Shown piece after piece: positions 12,449 through 24,330 of a DNA stretch of 64,000 nucleotides (position 1 is the first letter of the stretch; each line of letters begins with the position of its first letter). Made by a program: the position numbers and the translations under genes. The stretch lies in contig NC_045707.1 of assembly GCF_009834535.1 (NCBI RefSeq), positions 61,816,001 to 61,880,000 on the forward strand, in the 5' to 3' direction. The notes under the pieces were generated by a model, which saw only the letters and a list, made by a program, of their open reading frames with translations, had not been told where the DNA came from and did no database searches. Source of the stretch: Camelus ferus (lineage: Eukaryota).

Positions 12449-13368
12449 AGGAATCTTTTGTGATTGTAACAATTAGGCAGTTGTTTTTTTTTTCCCAGAA
12501 CATGAAGTAGCCCTATAAAAAAGTGTAAGAGCTACAGACTCAGGTTGATTAAGTGGGAAGCCAGGAGACTTTGCTGGTTCGAGAAGAGTGATTAAAAGGC
12601 CATTGTCCACGGGAGACACAAGCCGTTTAGTCTTGTAGATGCATGCGACGGCCATCACAGAGCGACAGCTAAGAGAACCCACGTGTGTGCACGTGTGCAA
12701 GCATGCGGGGAGCATCAGCAGCGAGGAGAAACCCTAATCACTCCAGGGTACGTGTCTGTATTTGTGCGCGAAGCAGAGGTCTCTCAAAGCTTGGATCAGA
12801 TTGATTGTTTTCACAGATGAAATGTCAACTCCTCATCTTCTTGAATGAGCTAGTCGTTAGTTTTACATAAAATATAAGCTGAATGCTCAGTTGCGTACAA
12901 TTAATGCTTTGATTTTTTTTCCCAATTCGAACCTCAAAAATTACTCCTATGTAAAATTGCCATTGAATTTTCAAAGGCAGGAAAGAAACCACAGGCCTAG
13001 GCTTATATAACCAATAGAACTTATAAATGCTGCATCAAAGATCAGCAAGCCTTACTGCGTACATGTAGGTTAAGACCGCAAAAAAAGTCTAACTCTGCTT
13101 GAGAGCTAAACTCTGGTTGCTGTGGCAACAGAGATTAACTTTAAGGTTTTACACCATGGTGCATTGAAAATTTCAAGCCGACTGTGCAGTAATGTCAGCT
13201 TTTTCAGTGAATGTACAGCATCCGTTACAGGAAATACCATGAATGGAAGATAATGAGTTTTTAAGGCTGACGACAATGTTGAACATGCACACACAAGCAC
13301 ACACACACATTTAACTTTTTAGAAGCATCATTACATATTATGTTTTTGAAAAACATTTCGTTTTCCCT

Positions 13369-13737
13369 TGTCTTAGTCCATTTGGGCTGATATATATAAC
13401 AGAATTATGCAGACTGAGTGGCTGATAGAGCGCAAACATGTATTTTTCAGTTTTGTTGGCTGGGAATTCCGGAATCAAGGTGCCTGCAGATTTGGCATCC
13501 AGTGAGAACCTGCTTCTTGGTTCATAAACTGTCATCTTTTTGCTGTGTCCTCACATGGCAGAAGGGGTGAGGAAGCTCTGAAAGATCTCCTTTATAAGGG
13601 TACTAATCCTGTGCATGAGGGACCATCCTCATGACCTAATCACCTCCCGGACCCCACCTCCTAGTAGCATCACACTGAGGGTTACGATTTCAACATATGA
13701 ATTTTGCAGGGGGAGCACAAAAATTCAGTCCATTGCA
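13369..13737 (-). mobile_element. MaLR LTR (MLT1A-like), near full length
   Basis: tgtcttagtccatttgggctg...ctgtgtcctcacatggcagaagggg...tttcaacatatgaattttg...attcagtccattgca, with TG..CA termini. Confidence 0.9.
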
Positions 13738-14949
13738 TTTCTCTGCTCTGTTTTTCTAAATCATTTCCAATGGAAAATTTTCACTCATGATGTTTATAAT
13801 ACTATTCTAAAAGTTTCTTCTTTTTTTTGATTTTGACAACAGTGGTAATGGATAATCTTTAATATCTCTCTCATTAATGATTCGACTGGTGCATTAAATA
13901 AATCATGGAGGCCTTAAGCCATGAGCATTTTAAAATTATTTTGTCCTGTGGGCAATACTGAACATGGATAAGTTTGAATAGACATAGGTATACAGACATA
14001 GATATAGATAAAGAGAAAGTTATGGCTTTTATAGACCAAATATGTAAACAAAATACAGCTACATTATTAAATACCTGGATAAAATAGTGCTCCTGCATAG
14101 ACAGATTGCGCTTTATGTAAACCATTTATCTAATGTCTCCTGAATTCCTCTATGATACTTGTATCATCCACATTTCCCAGTGTGACCCAAACAGGAAAAA
14201 GGAAACGCTAGGAGATAAGGGAATAACAAAAGAACTCTAAAAGCAGCCTCTGGCACAGACGTTTCCCCCAGCACTTTCTCATTGGAGTCACACAGTGGTC
14301 CAGCTCCAAGTCCCTCCTTTCTCTTACTGCAGTCCCCAGGCTACTGAAAGTTTCTCATCTCAGCCGGTAATGTTCTCTGATTCCGCTGATGCCAGCCGTC
14401 CCTCCTCTCTTTCCTGTGGCCGTGGTGGTGCTTCCTCTCCTCTCTGCGTTTGACGCTGACTCACCTTTCTGCTCACCTTGATGGTGGCTACTGTTTTCTG
14501 GTCAATCATCCTGTTGACATAGGGCTGGCACAGTAACTATTGCGGATGCCAAATTTTTTTTTTTTTTCACCATGTTCTTGCTGCTATTAACTTTCCAGTC
14601 TCTCTTGCATTTCTTGGATCACTGCACTGAAGTCAGGTGAAGACTCCATCAACAGAGCGAATATTTCTTTAATTAAACACTCAAACAGGGACCATGATTT
14701 TTTTTTTCTGTGAGTAATCCACATTTTTGGTGCTATAGTGCTTTGATTTATTGCTTCAATGTAATACTTAATCATCCTTCACTATCCCTTTTTGAAAATT
14801 TACACAAATCCCACTAGGACATGAACAGAAAGAAAATATAAATAGCAGTTCAAGGTACAACATTCAAACGTATTCTACCTTATTATGGACAATGAACCAA
14901 CTTTTATATCTAGTATCCACTCAAAGCACTGGTAGAAGAGGCAGTCCTT

Positions 14950-15140
14950 ACAGCAAGGCCCTGCCCTAAGTACTTTACCTGCATTAACATTTGACCTTCA
15001 CAAAAACGGTCATCCCTATTTTACAGATGAAGAAACTGAGGCACAAAGAGCTTAATAACCTGTCCAGATTCTCATAGCTAATCAGGGGCAGAGCTGTGAT
15101 TTTACAGCCCTGAGTCTGTGATCTTTTATTATTCTGCCTC
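14950..15140 (-). mobile_element. MIR SINE
   Basis: cctattttacagatgaagaaactgaggcacaaagagcttaataacctgtccag is the MIR core. Confidence 0.85.
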
Positions 15141-16029
15141 TTTATATCTGAGATAAGAACAATTGAATTTCCCATCAGGTACAGTTCCCTGAAAGTTAAA
15201 GGACAAGCCCTTGAAAATTGTCTAATTCCAAGGTCTCCATTAGCGGTTTCACCATCAGCTCCAAGAGTTCCTCTCAAAGTATCCATAAGGGTTTTATGCA
15301 AAAAACTTCATTGATACCCATGCTGAGAAGTGTGTAATAGTAAAGGAGCTATGAAAATGAGATGTCTTGTCTGGAAACTCCAATACAGCAGAATCTCATT
15401 TAAGTACTATTTTACAGTTATAATTAAAATGGTACAAGGCTCTATTTAATGCAGTGATACATAGAATCTTTCGTAGTATGAATTTTTTCATCTACCCCAA
15501 ACATCAACAAATGTCAAATAACGTCTAGGCCATGACTGCTTTTATTTGGCCATTTAAAAGGGTTCCTCTACACATCCAATTTTGAACTCAAATCTTTTTG
15601 AAATTCATATATAATATATTATGTTAATATGACCACAATTAATTGGGGGATTAAAATGATGAAATCATAAACTAAAATAATTGTACATTTTTAGGAGGTG
15701 TTTGTCCTTAGAAATGAAAAGCAAAATGTGTCAAAGCAAATATCTCATTACTGTTTCTTAAGCAATGTAGTAACTGAGATAAAGAGAAGCCATGAAGAAG
15801 AAAATTCGTTTTTCCTTAATCAATCATCATGAGTGACCTTTTGGAATCTTCACGTTATCTCTGAAAATTCCCTTTCCCTATTCTCCAAACTCAGTCATTT
15901 TAAGGTTTCTATTTATAGAAATTTCAATTTTCACCTTTACGAAAATATACCATATATATGGTATATGTCATGTATAGTTTATATACATATATGTATATAT
16001 ATATCATGTCAAAATAATACACAGTCATA

Positions 16030-16530
16030 ATGTAAACAGTCATGATTTAGCATTAAAAACTTCTCCTCCAGGGCATTGGCTCCTTGTGATCGTAATCACA
16101 TTGCGCCTCTGCTCAGGCCTGAGGGGTAGCCACGGCACGCAGGCTCAGGCTTGTGACTTGCTCATCCCTGGCCATGGTGACCTATTCAAGAATGGGTGCG
16201 CAGTTCCAACGGCTCAATTCAGAGCTTTAGCTGGCCTTTGATTTATACAGGCCGCGGGGAGAGAGATTTATGCTCCTCTGGGTTCATAAACTGTTAGCAC
16301 TGTGTCAGCCCGGAGCTGCTAACAGTTATGTCCCCTGGCCACGTGGCGGATGCAATGCATATCAAGTGATGTTGCATAACGATGCAAACACAGACAGGAA
16401 AATACACGTAGGGTTAGGAGAGAAAGAGACCTAAAAACAATGTTTTCACCTCTAGAAACATTTCCTCGTCTATAGAACTATTTTGAACTGTAGTTTTCTG
16501 TTACTTACAAAAACAAAAGAATATTTATGA
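16030..16530 (+). mobile_element. Old MaLR LTR (MLT1K/L-like)
   Basis: atccctggccatggtgacctattcaagaatggg and the terminus ttttgaactgtagttttctgttacttacaa. Confidence 0.55.
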
Positions 16531-18136
16531 AACTCCTTTTTTTTTTAAGTTGATGAAACTGAAAGTAGAGAAACGAATCGCCTCTGTCTGGTCACACATG
16601 GTGAACGGCAGAGGCAGGTTTACAGCTCTGGCCTTTTCCCCTAACGCACTGTAGCTTCTGGTGTGTCACGTGCCAAAGCACAAACCCTGAATCGTGATGA
16701 AGTTCAGTGCTACGGCTTACTGCCATTTAGTCTTTGCGCATTTATTAAACAAATCGCCAAAACACAAAAATAATAAAAAATGCAGTTAGTACCCGTCATG
16801 TAGCAGTCGGTGTGTCTGCCACATTTTCCGCTGGTTGGCTGTCAGATTCAAATATAAAATAATTATGAGGAATAAATGTACATATATATAACGACGTCAT
16901 GACGTGCACTTCTCTAGGTACATCTCTCATTGGTCTTCAGGAGAACACTGTCCAGAGACCATGAGACAAACTTCAGGCTCCTAGATTCCTGCACACTCCC
17001 ACTTCCCCATCACTGTGTAAGTCATTCTGCAAAGTTCTAATGTCCCTTAGCTTCCCCATGACATCTTTCCTTAGTACATGTTGAGAAGATTAATCCAAAA
17101 GTTCATCCTATTTTGATATATGTATCATAAATTATGAAATAAATAATAGCATTGTGCCAGTTGAACTAGACTTGCTTCTTTAAACTAAAATCCCAGTGAT
17201 CGTTTTTTTTTTTCTAGAGTTGTATTAATTTTGGGGGTAAAATATTTATTTTGGAAGATTATTAAATATTTTGATACATTTTCTTTAATCAAAATGACAA
17301 TAGAAAACTTAAAATAATGAATAGCACTGTCACTACCTGCCCTGCATATTTTTTTGTCCCTTTAGACATTTTTCTACTTTATGATCTTGTCAAAGGAGAT
17401 AAAACAAGACTAAACAAGAAGAGAAATCTGCTAAAACGTGGCAAAGAGAGGATAACTTATTACCAACGATGTCAAAGAATGTTTATTCTTATTTTCCTTG
17501 GTGGGTGTTTAATCAACGTTGTCATGATTTCGACCTAAAGTCACATGAAGGCTTCATCAAAATACCTTCCTTTGAACTATTCAATATACGACCATAGTTT
17601 TCCATTTTCAAATTGGAGAAATTCTGATTAAATATGTAAGTTTTTTCTTATGAAACATCTTCCATTCCGGAGTTGAAATTCCCTTAAGTATCTTTTGTTT
17701 GACAGCTTAATATAGTGAATACTTAATAATATCTATAAGATGTGGCCTATATTTTAGGCGGTGCTAATTGGTCCATTGTGGCATATGTTTTTATTTGCAG
17801 ATGGGACACTTTCAGGCTATAATGGAAGTACACAGTAGCAGATCACAAATTTGTATAATATTTCTCTACAACCTGCTTCTCAGTTTCAGAAATAATTGTC
17901 TCTAGAATGCCATGACGTAGAGAGGTGGCTAGGATTCCATCCGTTTTTCTGCACGTCTGTGGGGTTTTGTAATGTAGCTCACGGACACTCCCATCATCAA
18001 AGCTCCGGGATGATGGGGCATCAGTGGTGTACGCAGCCCTTATAGTGAGCAAGAGTTTGGGAAAAGTGGAAATTCATGCCGGTACGTCTGCATTCCCCTG
18101 CTCTGGGCTACCCTAGAAGAGTAGAACTGGTGTTTT

Positions 18137-18545
18137 TATTACGAACTGAATGTTTTTGTGCCCCCAAAATTCCTATGTTGAAGCTCCAACCCCCAATGTG
18201 ATGGTATTAGAGGTGGGGGCCTTTGAAAATAGTTAGTTTAAGACGAGGGTGGGGTCCTCAGGATTAGCGCCTTGTAAGAAGAGATCAGAGAGCTCGCTCC
18301 TTTCTCAATCTCCATCTCTCTGTGTCGCTCTGTTTCTCTCTCTCTCTTTCTCTCACCCCCACTCCAAGTGACAACACAGCCAGAAGACAGCCATCTGCAA
18401 GCCAGGAAGAGGGCCCCTCCCAGACACTGAACCTTTTGGGACCTTGATCTTAGACATCCCACCAGGCAGAAGAGTGAGAAAGAAATGTTTGCTGTTTAAG
18501 CCACACTGTTATTGGTATTCAGTCATAGCAGCCTGAACCAAGACA
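18137..18545 (+). mobile_element. MaLR LTR (MLT1A/B-like)
   Basis: actgaatgtttttgtgcccccaaaattcctatgttgaagctccaacccccaatgtgatggtattagaggtggggg...gtcatagcagcctgaaccaagaca. Confidence 0.9.
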
Positions 18546-18589
18546 GTAATGGGTACTGACCTTGAAGGACTTCGTGATCAATAGCATAT

Positions 18590-18735
18590 TACCTGTGTCA
18601 CCTTGGGAAAGTCACTCAAGCAGGGACTCATTTTTCCTATGTATAAATTAATGATTGTTAGGATAATACAGATGTGAGAACAAAGTAATTTGTATCTGTG
18701 AAGTGCTTTAAACAGTGCTTGGACCATAGTGTCAG
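18590..18735 (+). mobile_element. MIR SINE fragment
   Basis: ctgtgtcaccttgggaaagtcactcaa...tgtgaagtgctttaaacagtgcttggaccatag. Confidence 0.7.
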
Positions 18736-21534
18736 CTGTGTAATTGATACAGTTCTAAGAACAGTTTTCATTTAAAACTACTGTCTTAACTACCCCCTTT
18801 AGGTAACATCGCTGTTTTAAAAATATGAATTCTAGTTTTAAGTTCAGAACACAAGGGGCAGTGAGGTAGTTAACACACTTTTGGCTGGAGGTGATGGTAG
18901 TCAAATCAACAGGTTGATCAAATGAATCGTTTCTGATCCGACATGACTGAGCAGAGCTGAATTCGGGGTCCAGAGATTCACGGATTTGAAGATATCATCA
19001 GTTTATACCAGTCCATGATGGTCCTCTCATTCCCAATTTTTCTTCCTTTTGTGTTGACATTATTCCAAACAAGAAGTCTGCTCGGCTAACTATTTCAAGA
19101 CTGCACTATCTCCTCGGTTTGAGATCTTAATAAAAGGGATAAAGACGACCCTACTTTTCCCAGAACTGCCCCCAGGTGATCCATTTGGCCCCTCTTGGTC
19201 CTTGTGCCTGTCCCAAAACTGTTCCTAGGGAGTGAGAAGTATTTCTTGGTCATAACCCACCTCTGGAGCTAGGCAAGTCTGTTTACTTAATTGTAGTCTT
19301 GCCAGAATCCTGTAGACTCCTGTGAAATAGGAGAAGAGTACATTCTTTTAAAAAGTAGCTTTAAGAAAGGAAAAAAAAAAAATGTATGGATGTGAGCATA
19401 GCCCTCTGCCATCCACACTTTCTCTCCACTTTCTGTCTGTCTCTTCCTCTAACATAGCTTGGCAGCTGCTCAAAAGGACTGGGCAAATCCCAAAGTCTGT
19501 CCAAGAGCTTGGCTGAGTCATCCTTGTGGCTACTGCTGCCACCCCTGTTTTACCTCTTGAAATATTACAAGTCCTGGGGCTGTTTCTTAAGAAGTCAATG
19601 CGGTTCATGCTTTGCAGCAGGAGTTCTGGATTCAGGTGTTGAAATTCTTTGCTATGGCACCTACAGTGTCCCCTGGTCAGACAACTTAGCTTTCATTGGT
19701 CCACCTGGAACACGGGGCTTAAATTAGGTACTGTATGTAAAATCTCATTATTTACTAATTTTGATAAAATTATCACTGCTTCCTGGGCTACCGAGAGACC
19801 AAGATAGAAAACTGCACTATATGAGACTCCTTACAACAAAGAAAATGTTGAAAGAGAGTAGAATTTGGAGAGTATTAGTGAGAGCAATTAATCGTGATCA
19901 CGAGAGCAAGAGTAACTTCACTCGTTTCATTTTAGGATTTGGTATGATCCCTGCCTCTGCTTTCCTTCTTTTTATTTTTTAATTTTTTGCAATCCCTGGC
20001 AAATTCTAATATTTGATGTATTCAGAACATGTAATTCTTGTTTGATTCCAGAGACTGTCAAATGAATAAATAGTATGTTCGTACTTTAGGTTTCATCTGG
20101 TTTTATTCGGTGTTGCTATTTTTGCTCACTGGCTGTATTTCTTTGTGCCCTACTTCCTCCTCTACCTTTTTTTTTTTTTACAGATAAAATCTTAGGTGAT
20201 TTCCTTTCATCTTAAAAAGCTTTTCATTATGGTGAAAAAATATGTAACTCTGCAACTCAGAGGCCAGGTAGAATTTTTAGTTCTCAACAGTGACGAAAAT
20301 GCTTTCCTCAAATGCTTTCATTGTATGGAGATCCGTTCAGCAGCCTTGTTCTTGCTTCTGCAAACCTGTGGAGAGGTCATTCACTTCATTCAAATTCAAT
20401 GGATCTGTGAATTTGCAATGTGTATCTAGAAAGGCTACGAACCCTCTTTACTTTCCCGAGCTCAACTCTTTCCTGACATCGAGGTATTTTATCAAAATCT
20501 TTCATGGGCTTTTTTCTTATTTGCCTCCTATCTTTATCAGTGTCATCATTAATTTTTCATTCTGCAATGAGGTGGGAAAAAAAAAGACTTAAAATAGTCG
20601 TTTAAATAACCCAGAACCAAATATTGTAAACTTCTCTGAAAATACTTCCGTCTTCATTTCTACTAACAATTTTTCCTTTGAAATTGTGCTTCTAGAGTAG
20701 GAGGGAGGGGTATCCACAGCAGCTGGTCATTTATTATCTGTCTTTGCAATAGCTGAGAGACAAGATCAGTTAATTCTCCTTGAGAGGCAACAGAGGAGAA
20801 ATTATCAGGGCAATCTGTTTCTTTCGGATGGGCACTTTGAATAGCTCTCTCTAACCACACGACATTGAAGTTCACCTTAGATGCAGATGATAGTTGACCA
20901 AGGAAATGTGGGTTCACTGAAATATAAATTATAGGGTTTGCAAGCTCGAAACACTGGCCTTGAAAAGGAAAAATGGACTCTTGGCAAGTCTATAAAGTTT
21001 TCTGTATCCCATATTTTGCAAAATGAAGAGGGACAAGGGAGCTCAGTCTTAAGACACGGGACCTGAAACCTAGTCCCAGAATGGCTTAGATAATTCTCCA
21101 ACTTGAGGAAATTGAAATTTTGGGGGGGATAACTCATTCTCCTATTACTTAAGATAATAGTGTTAGCACCAGATCCTCCTCTGTAGTGTTATGAAGATGA
21201 AACATGGATTCAGTATTTTGAAGAGACTGAATAAATAATATTGCAGACCTACGTATGTTTATTTTCTACATTATTCAATTTAATATATGCTAGCTGTATG
21301 TCAGGCCAAACGCTGTCTATGCCTTATCTTTATCCACCATAAAAACCTTACAAGGTATCCACTTTATAACTTTAAAACTGGAAGGTTCCAGAGAGGTTTC
21401 TAATATATTTTCATGCAAATGATCATGTTTCCATTATCTTTAGGAAAGATAACTGAGAAGTTAGGAAAATCACTCGCTTACAGATTTTTTTTTTATGAAT
21501 GACTATCTGTTATGACTAAATGAGGTCATTTGCC

Positions 21535-21710
21535 ACATATTCTCATTCAGTGTGGTCCCTGGACCAGCAGGATCAGTATCACTGGGAACTTGTTAGAAAT
21601 ATAGAATTTGAAAACTTACCCTAAACCTATTGCATCAGAAAATCTGATGGTAGAGCCTGGCAATGAGTTGAACAAGGTCTCCTGATGCACCATAAGCTTA
21701 GAACCCCTGT
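21535..21710. mobile_element. MER5A hAT-Charlie DNA transposon
   Basis: agtgtggtccctggaccagcaggatcagtatcactgggaacttgttagaaat...aagcttagaacccctg. Confidence 0.88.
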
Positions 21711-22808
21711 TCTAGCGGACTTGTAGTTCATTAACGTTAGCATCTTTAGGGTACCATGCAGACCGCTAAAAGTAAACATTTTAGCCACACTCAATAATTC
21801 TGATTCAAGCTACATGATATGGGTCCCAGATAATTGCCTGAAAAGGAACAGCCCAGTAAACCTGACGTAGGTGGTCCTTAATAATTATCTGGATTAGAGA
21901 GAATTGCTTAACACTGAAGTTGTTCAGCTTTCTGTAAGTGCAAAATGAAGGCCTATTCATATTATGCTTATGTTCCATGTTAGATTTGTGCAAACCAATT
22001 CACTCAGTCCCCCAAAGCAGAGTTTTCAAATTATCGAGTGAATTTCTGCACCGTGATTACAGCTCTCCACACTGAACGTTCAACGTTCCTTCTTTATGAT
22101 GTTCCTGACGATGTACTTGTACTTGGAATGTAATTTCGCTCTGTGTGATCGACTTCACCTGTATATTGTATTACATTAATCGGTCTCGTTTTCTTGCATT
22201 TGTTAAAGAGTCTTCTTTTAAGATTTGAAATCATGTTTTTTTGGCCAAAACAAAAATCTTTGATAATTCTGTTTTAGGTTGCTTTCAACATTGGAGGTTA
22301 GTTTACATAACTATGTTAATATTCTCATCCCATAGACTGATGCTGAAAGAAAAGGAAGAGTTTGTTGGTTTATTGCACAGGGCTGTGGCACCGATGGTAT
22401 CACAAGTGTTTCTTTAGTATGGTAGCTGCCGGCAGAAATACCAGTTTTAATGAAGCTTTGCGCGGGCTCTTATCTCTTGCTGGGACCGACTCTGTTATAA
22501 ATAGCTTGGCCATTGACTCATCATTAGACTCATATCAGGAACCAGCCTGCGCTCCTCCAGCTTACTCAGAGACCTGCTTTGCTTTATGATTCATAATTTT
22601 ATATTCATGTAGACTGGCTAACACGCACTTAATGGTCTTATTTTTCTTCACTATTTTGTATTACCAAATGGAGTTGTGATCATTTTGTAATTTCTGGGTG
22701 GCTGAATTTTTGAGATATGCTCTGGCTGTGTGAGCAACTCGTCAAGCGTAAATGGTGTTATTCTACTGCCTTACCATCATCAGACGGGAATACCTCAGGG
22801 AACGAGCA

Positions 22809-22812
<4 letters not shown>

Positions 22813-22870
<58 letters not shown>
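22813..22870. repeat. (TG)29 microsatellite
   Basis: Perfect 58-bp dinucleotide run. Confidence 0.98.
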
Positions 22871-22872
<2 letters not shown>

Positions 22873-23109
22873 GGAGAGGGAGAGGGGAGGAGAAGAGAAC
22901 TTGAATTTATCAGAATTTTCCACTGGGAAAAAGGAAATGCCAACATCCTATTACTGTAGATTTAAGAAGCAGGTGATTCTATCTTACCTGCCACTAGCTT
23001 TGTATAGCTCTGACAGCCTTTCCTGTGTGACATTCAGGAGTTGGCACTGCTCAATAACCATGAGCACGTAAGCAGGATTCGGGTAAGACACCGATGGGTA
23101 TATGAGTTA

Positions 23110-24330
23110 CGTATTAGACAGACTAGTACTGCCAGCTGCCATAACAAACCTCCCTCAAATCAAAGTGCTTTAATATATATTTTCCTCATGTCATAGTCTC
23201 TTGTGAGTAGTGTGGGTCTCCTGGGAGTGTTTTTGTTTTTTTTTTTTAATCTTTTTTTATCTTTTTGTTGGGGGTAACTAGGTTTATTTATTTATTTATG
23301 TTGAGGGGAGGTACTAGGGATCGAACCCAGGACCTTGTGCATGCTAAGCATGCACTCTACCACTTGAGCTATACCCTCCCCACTCCTGAGAGTGTTTTTG
23401 AAGGGGTGACTTAAGGATCTCGGTTCCTTGTATAGTGTGGTTCCACTCTCCTGAAGTCATTTGCATATGGGGAGGAAGAAAGGAAAATCTGGAATTTTAG
23501 GGTTTACCCTTGGAAATGGGAGTGCTTCATTTCTTCCTGTGTTTTATTGGCCAAAACTAATCACAAAGTCACAATCTCACTGCTAAGAAGGCTGGCATAT
23601 GTCCTAAGGTGTGCTCCAGAACAGTCAATAGAATTGGTGGGTATCCAGCCAGTCCCATCTGGTCACCAATAACCTTTTCATTATTCCTCTTGCATGGAAC
23701 ACATTCAGCCTTTCCCAATGCTATCAATCCCCAAATTCCATCAGTCCTGGCATCCATCTTGAAATCTAGGTTCTTTAAGTAATATTTGGACCAAATATTA
23801 CTTCTTTTAGTCTAGAAACCTATTGTCAAAAAGATGTATTATTTGCACACACACTCCTTCCAACAACCACTTAATTATTTAATGGTGAAACAAAGCAAGC
23901 ACAAACACAAAAATATTCTTATTCTGGAAGTTAATGAGAATCACAAAAGTTATTGGTCTGAAGCAGCTGAAGATCCTTCCATTCAGATTATGTAAAAGCC
24001 CATCTTCTGGGCTGGGGAACCAAGTCAACTGTCTGGTAGTAACTTCCTTGCTAATTTCCCCCTGAATTCTCTTTGATCACATCTCTGAGATGCTTCTCCT
24101 TGCCCAAACTCATCCTTAGCCTTATTTTTTCTCATAGGTTAGGGGCCCAAGAATTATTTTAATTATTTCCAAGGATCCTCCACCGTCCGCCACCTTTTAA
24201 AGCCAATTTCTTTGATGTTGCACTTTCTTCAAAAACTTAGCCTGTTTCTGATCTGTTCTCTCTCAGTAAGTTCCACGTGACCGAAACCACGCCCAAGGTT
24301 CTCCACCAGACACTGCTCTCCAATCTGTTC
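23110..24330 (-). mobile_element. Old MaLR LTR (MLT1J-like, about 23110-23650) plus adjoining MLT1 internal sequence
   Basis: gctgccataacaaacctccctcaaatcaaagtgcttta and ttttattggccaaaactaatcaca are LTR-like. The following ctggtcaccaataacc...ggaacacattcagcc...ccccaaattccatcagt resembles MLT1-int. Confidence 0.6.
23236..23381 (-). mobile_element. tRNA-Ala-derived SINE (Vic-1-like) nested in MLT1 LTR
   Basis: The reverse complement reads GGGGAGGGTATAGCTCAAGTGGTAGAGTGCATGCTTAGCATGCACAAGGTCCTGGGTTCGATCCC. 18-bp TSD ctcctgggagtgtttttg (23218-23235) / ctcctgagagtgtttttg (23383-23400). Confidence 0.95.

Noticed and set aside
17990..18017. Hairpin cccatcatc...gatgatggg
   Set aside because: A 9-bp stem is too short for a pre-miRNA and is plausible by chance.
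22717..23071. Cys/Val- or His/Thr-repeat ORFs (also 11673-12025)
   Set aside because: They are translations of (TG)n microsatellites.
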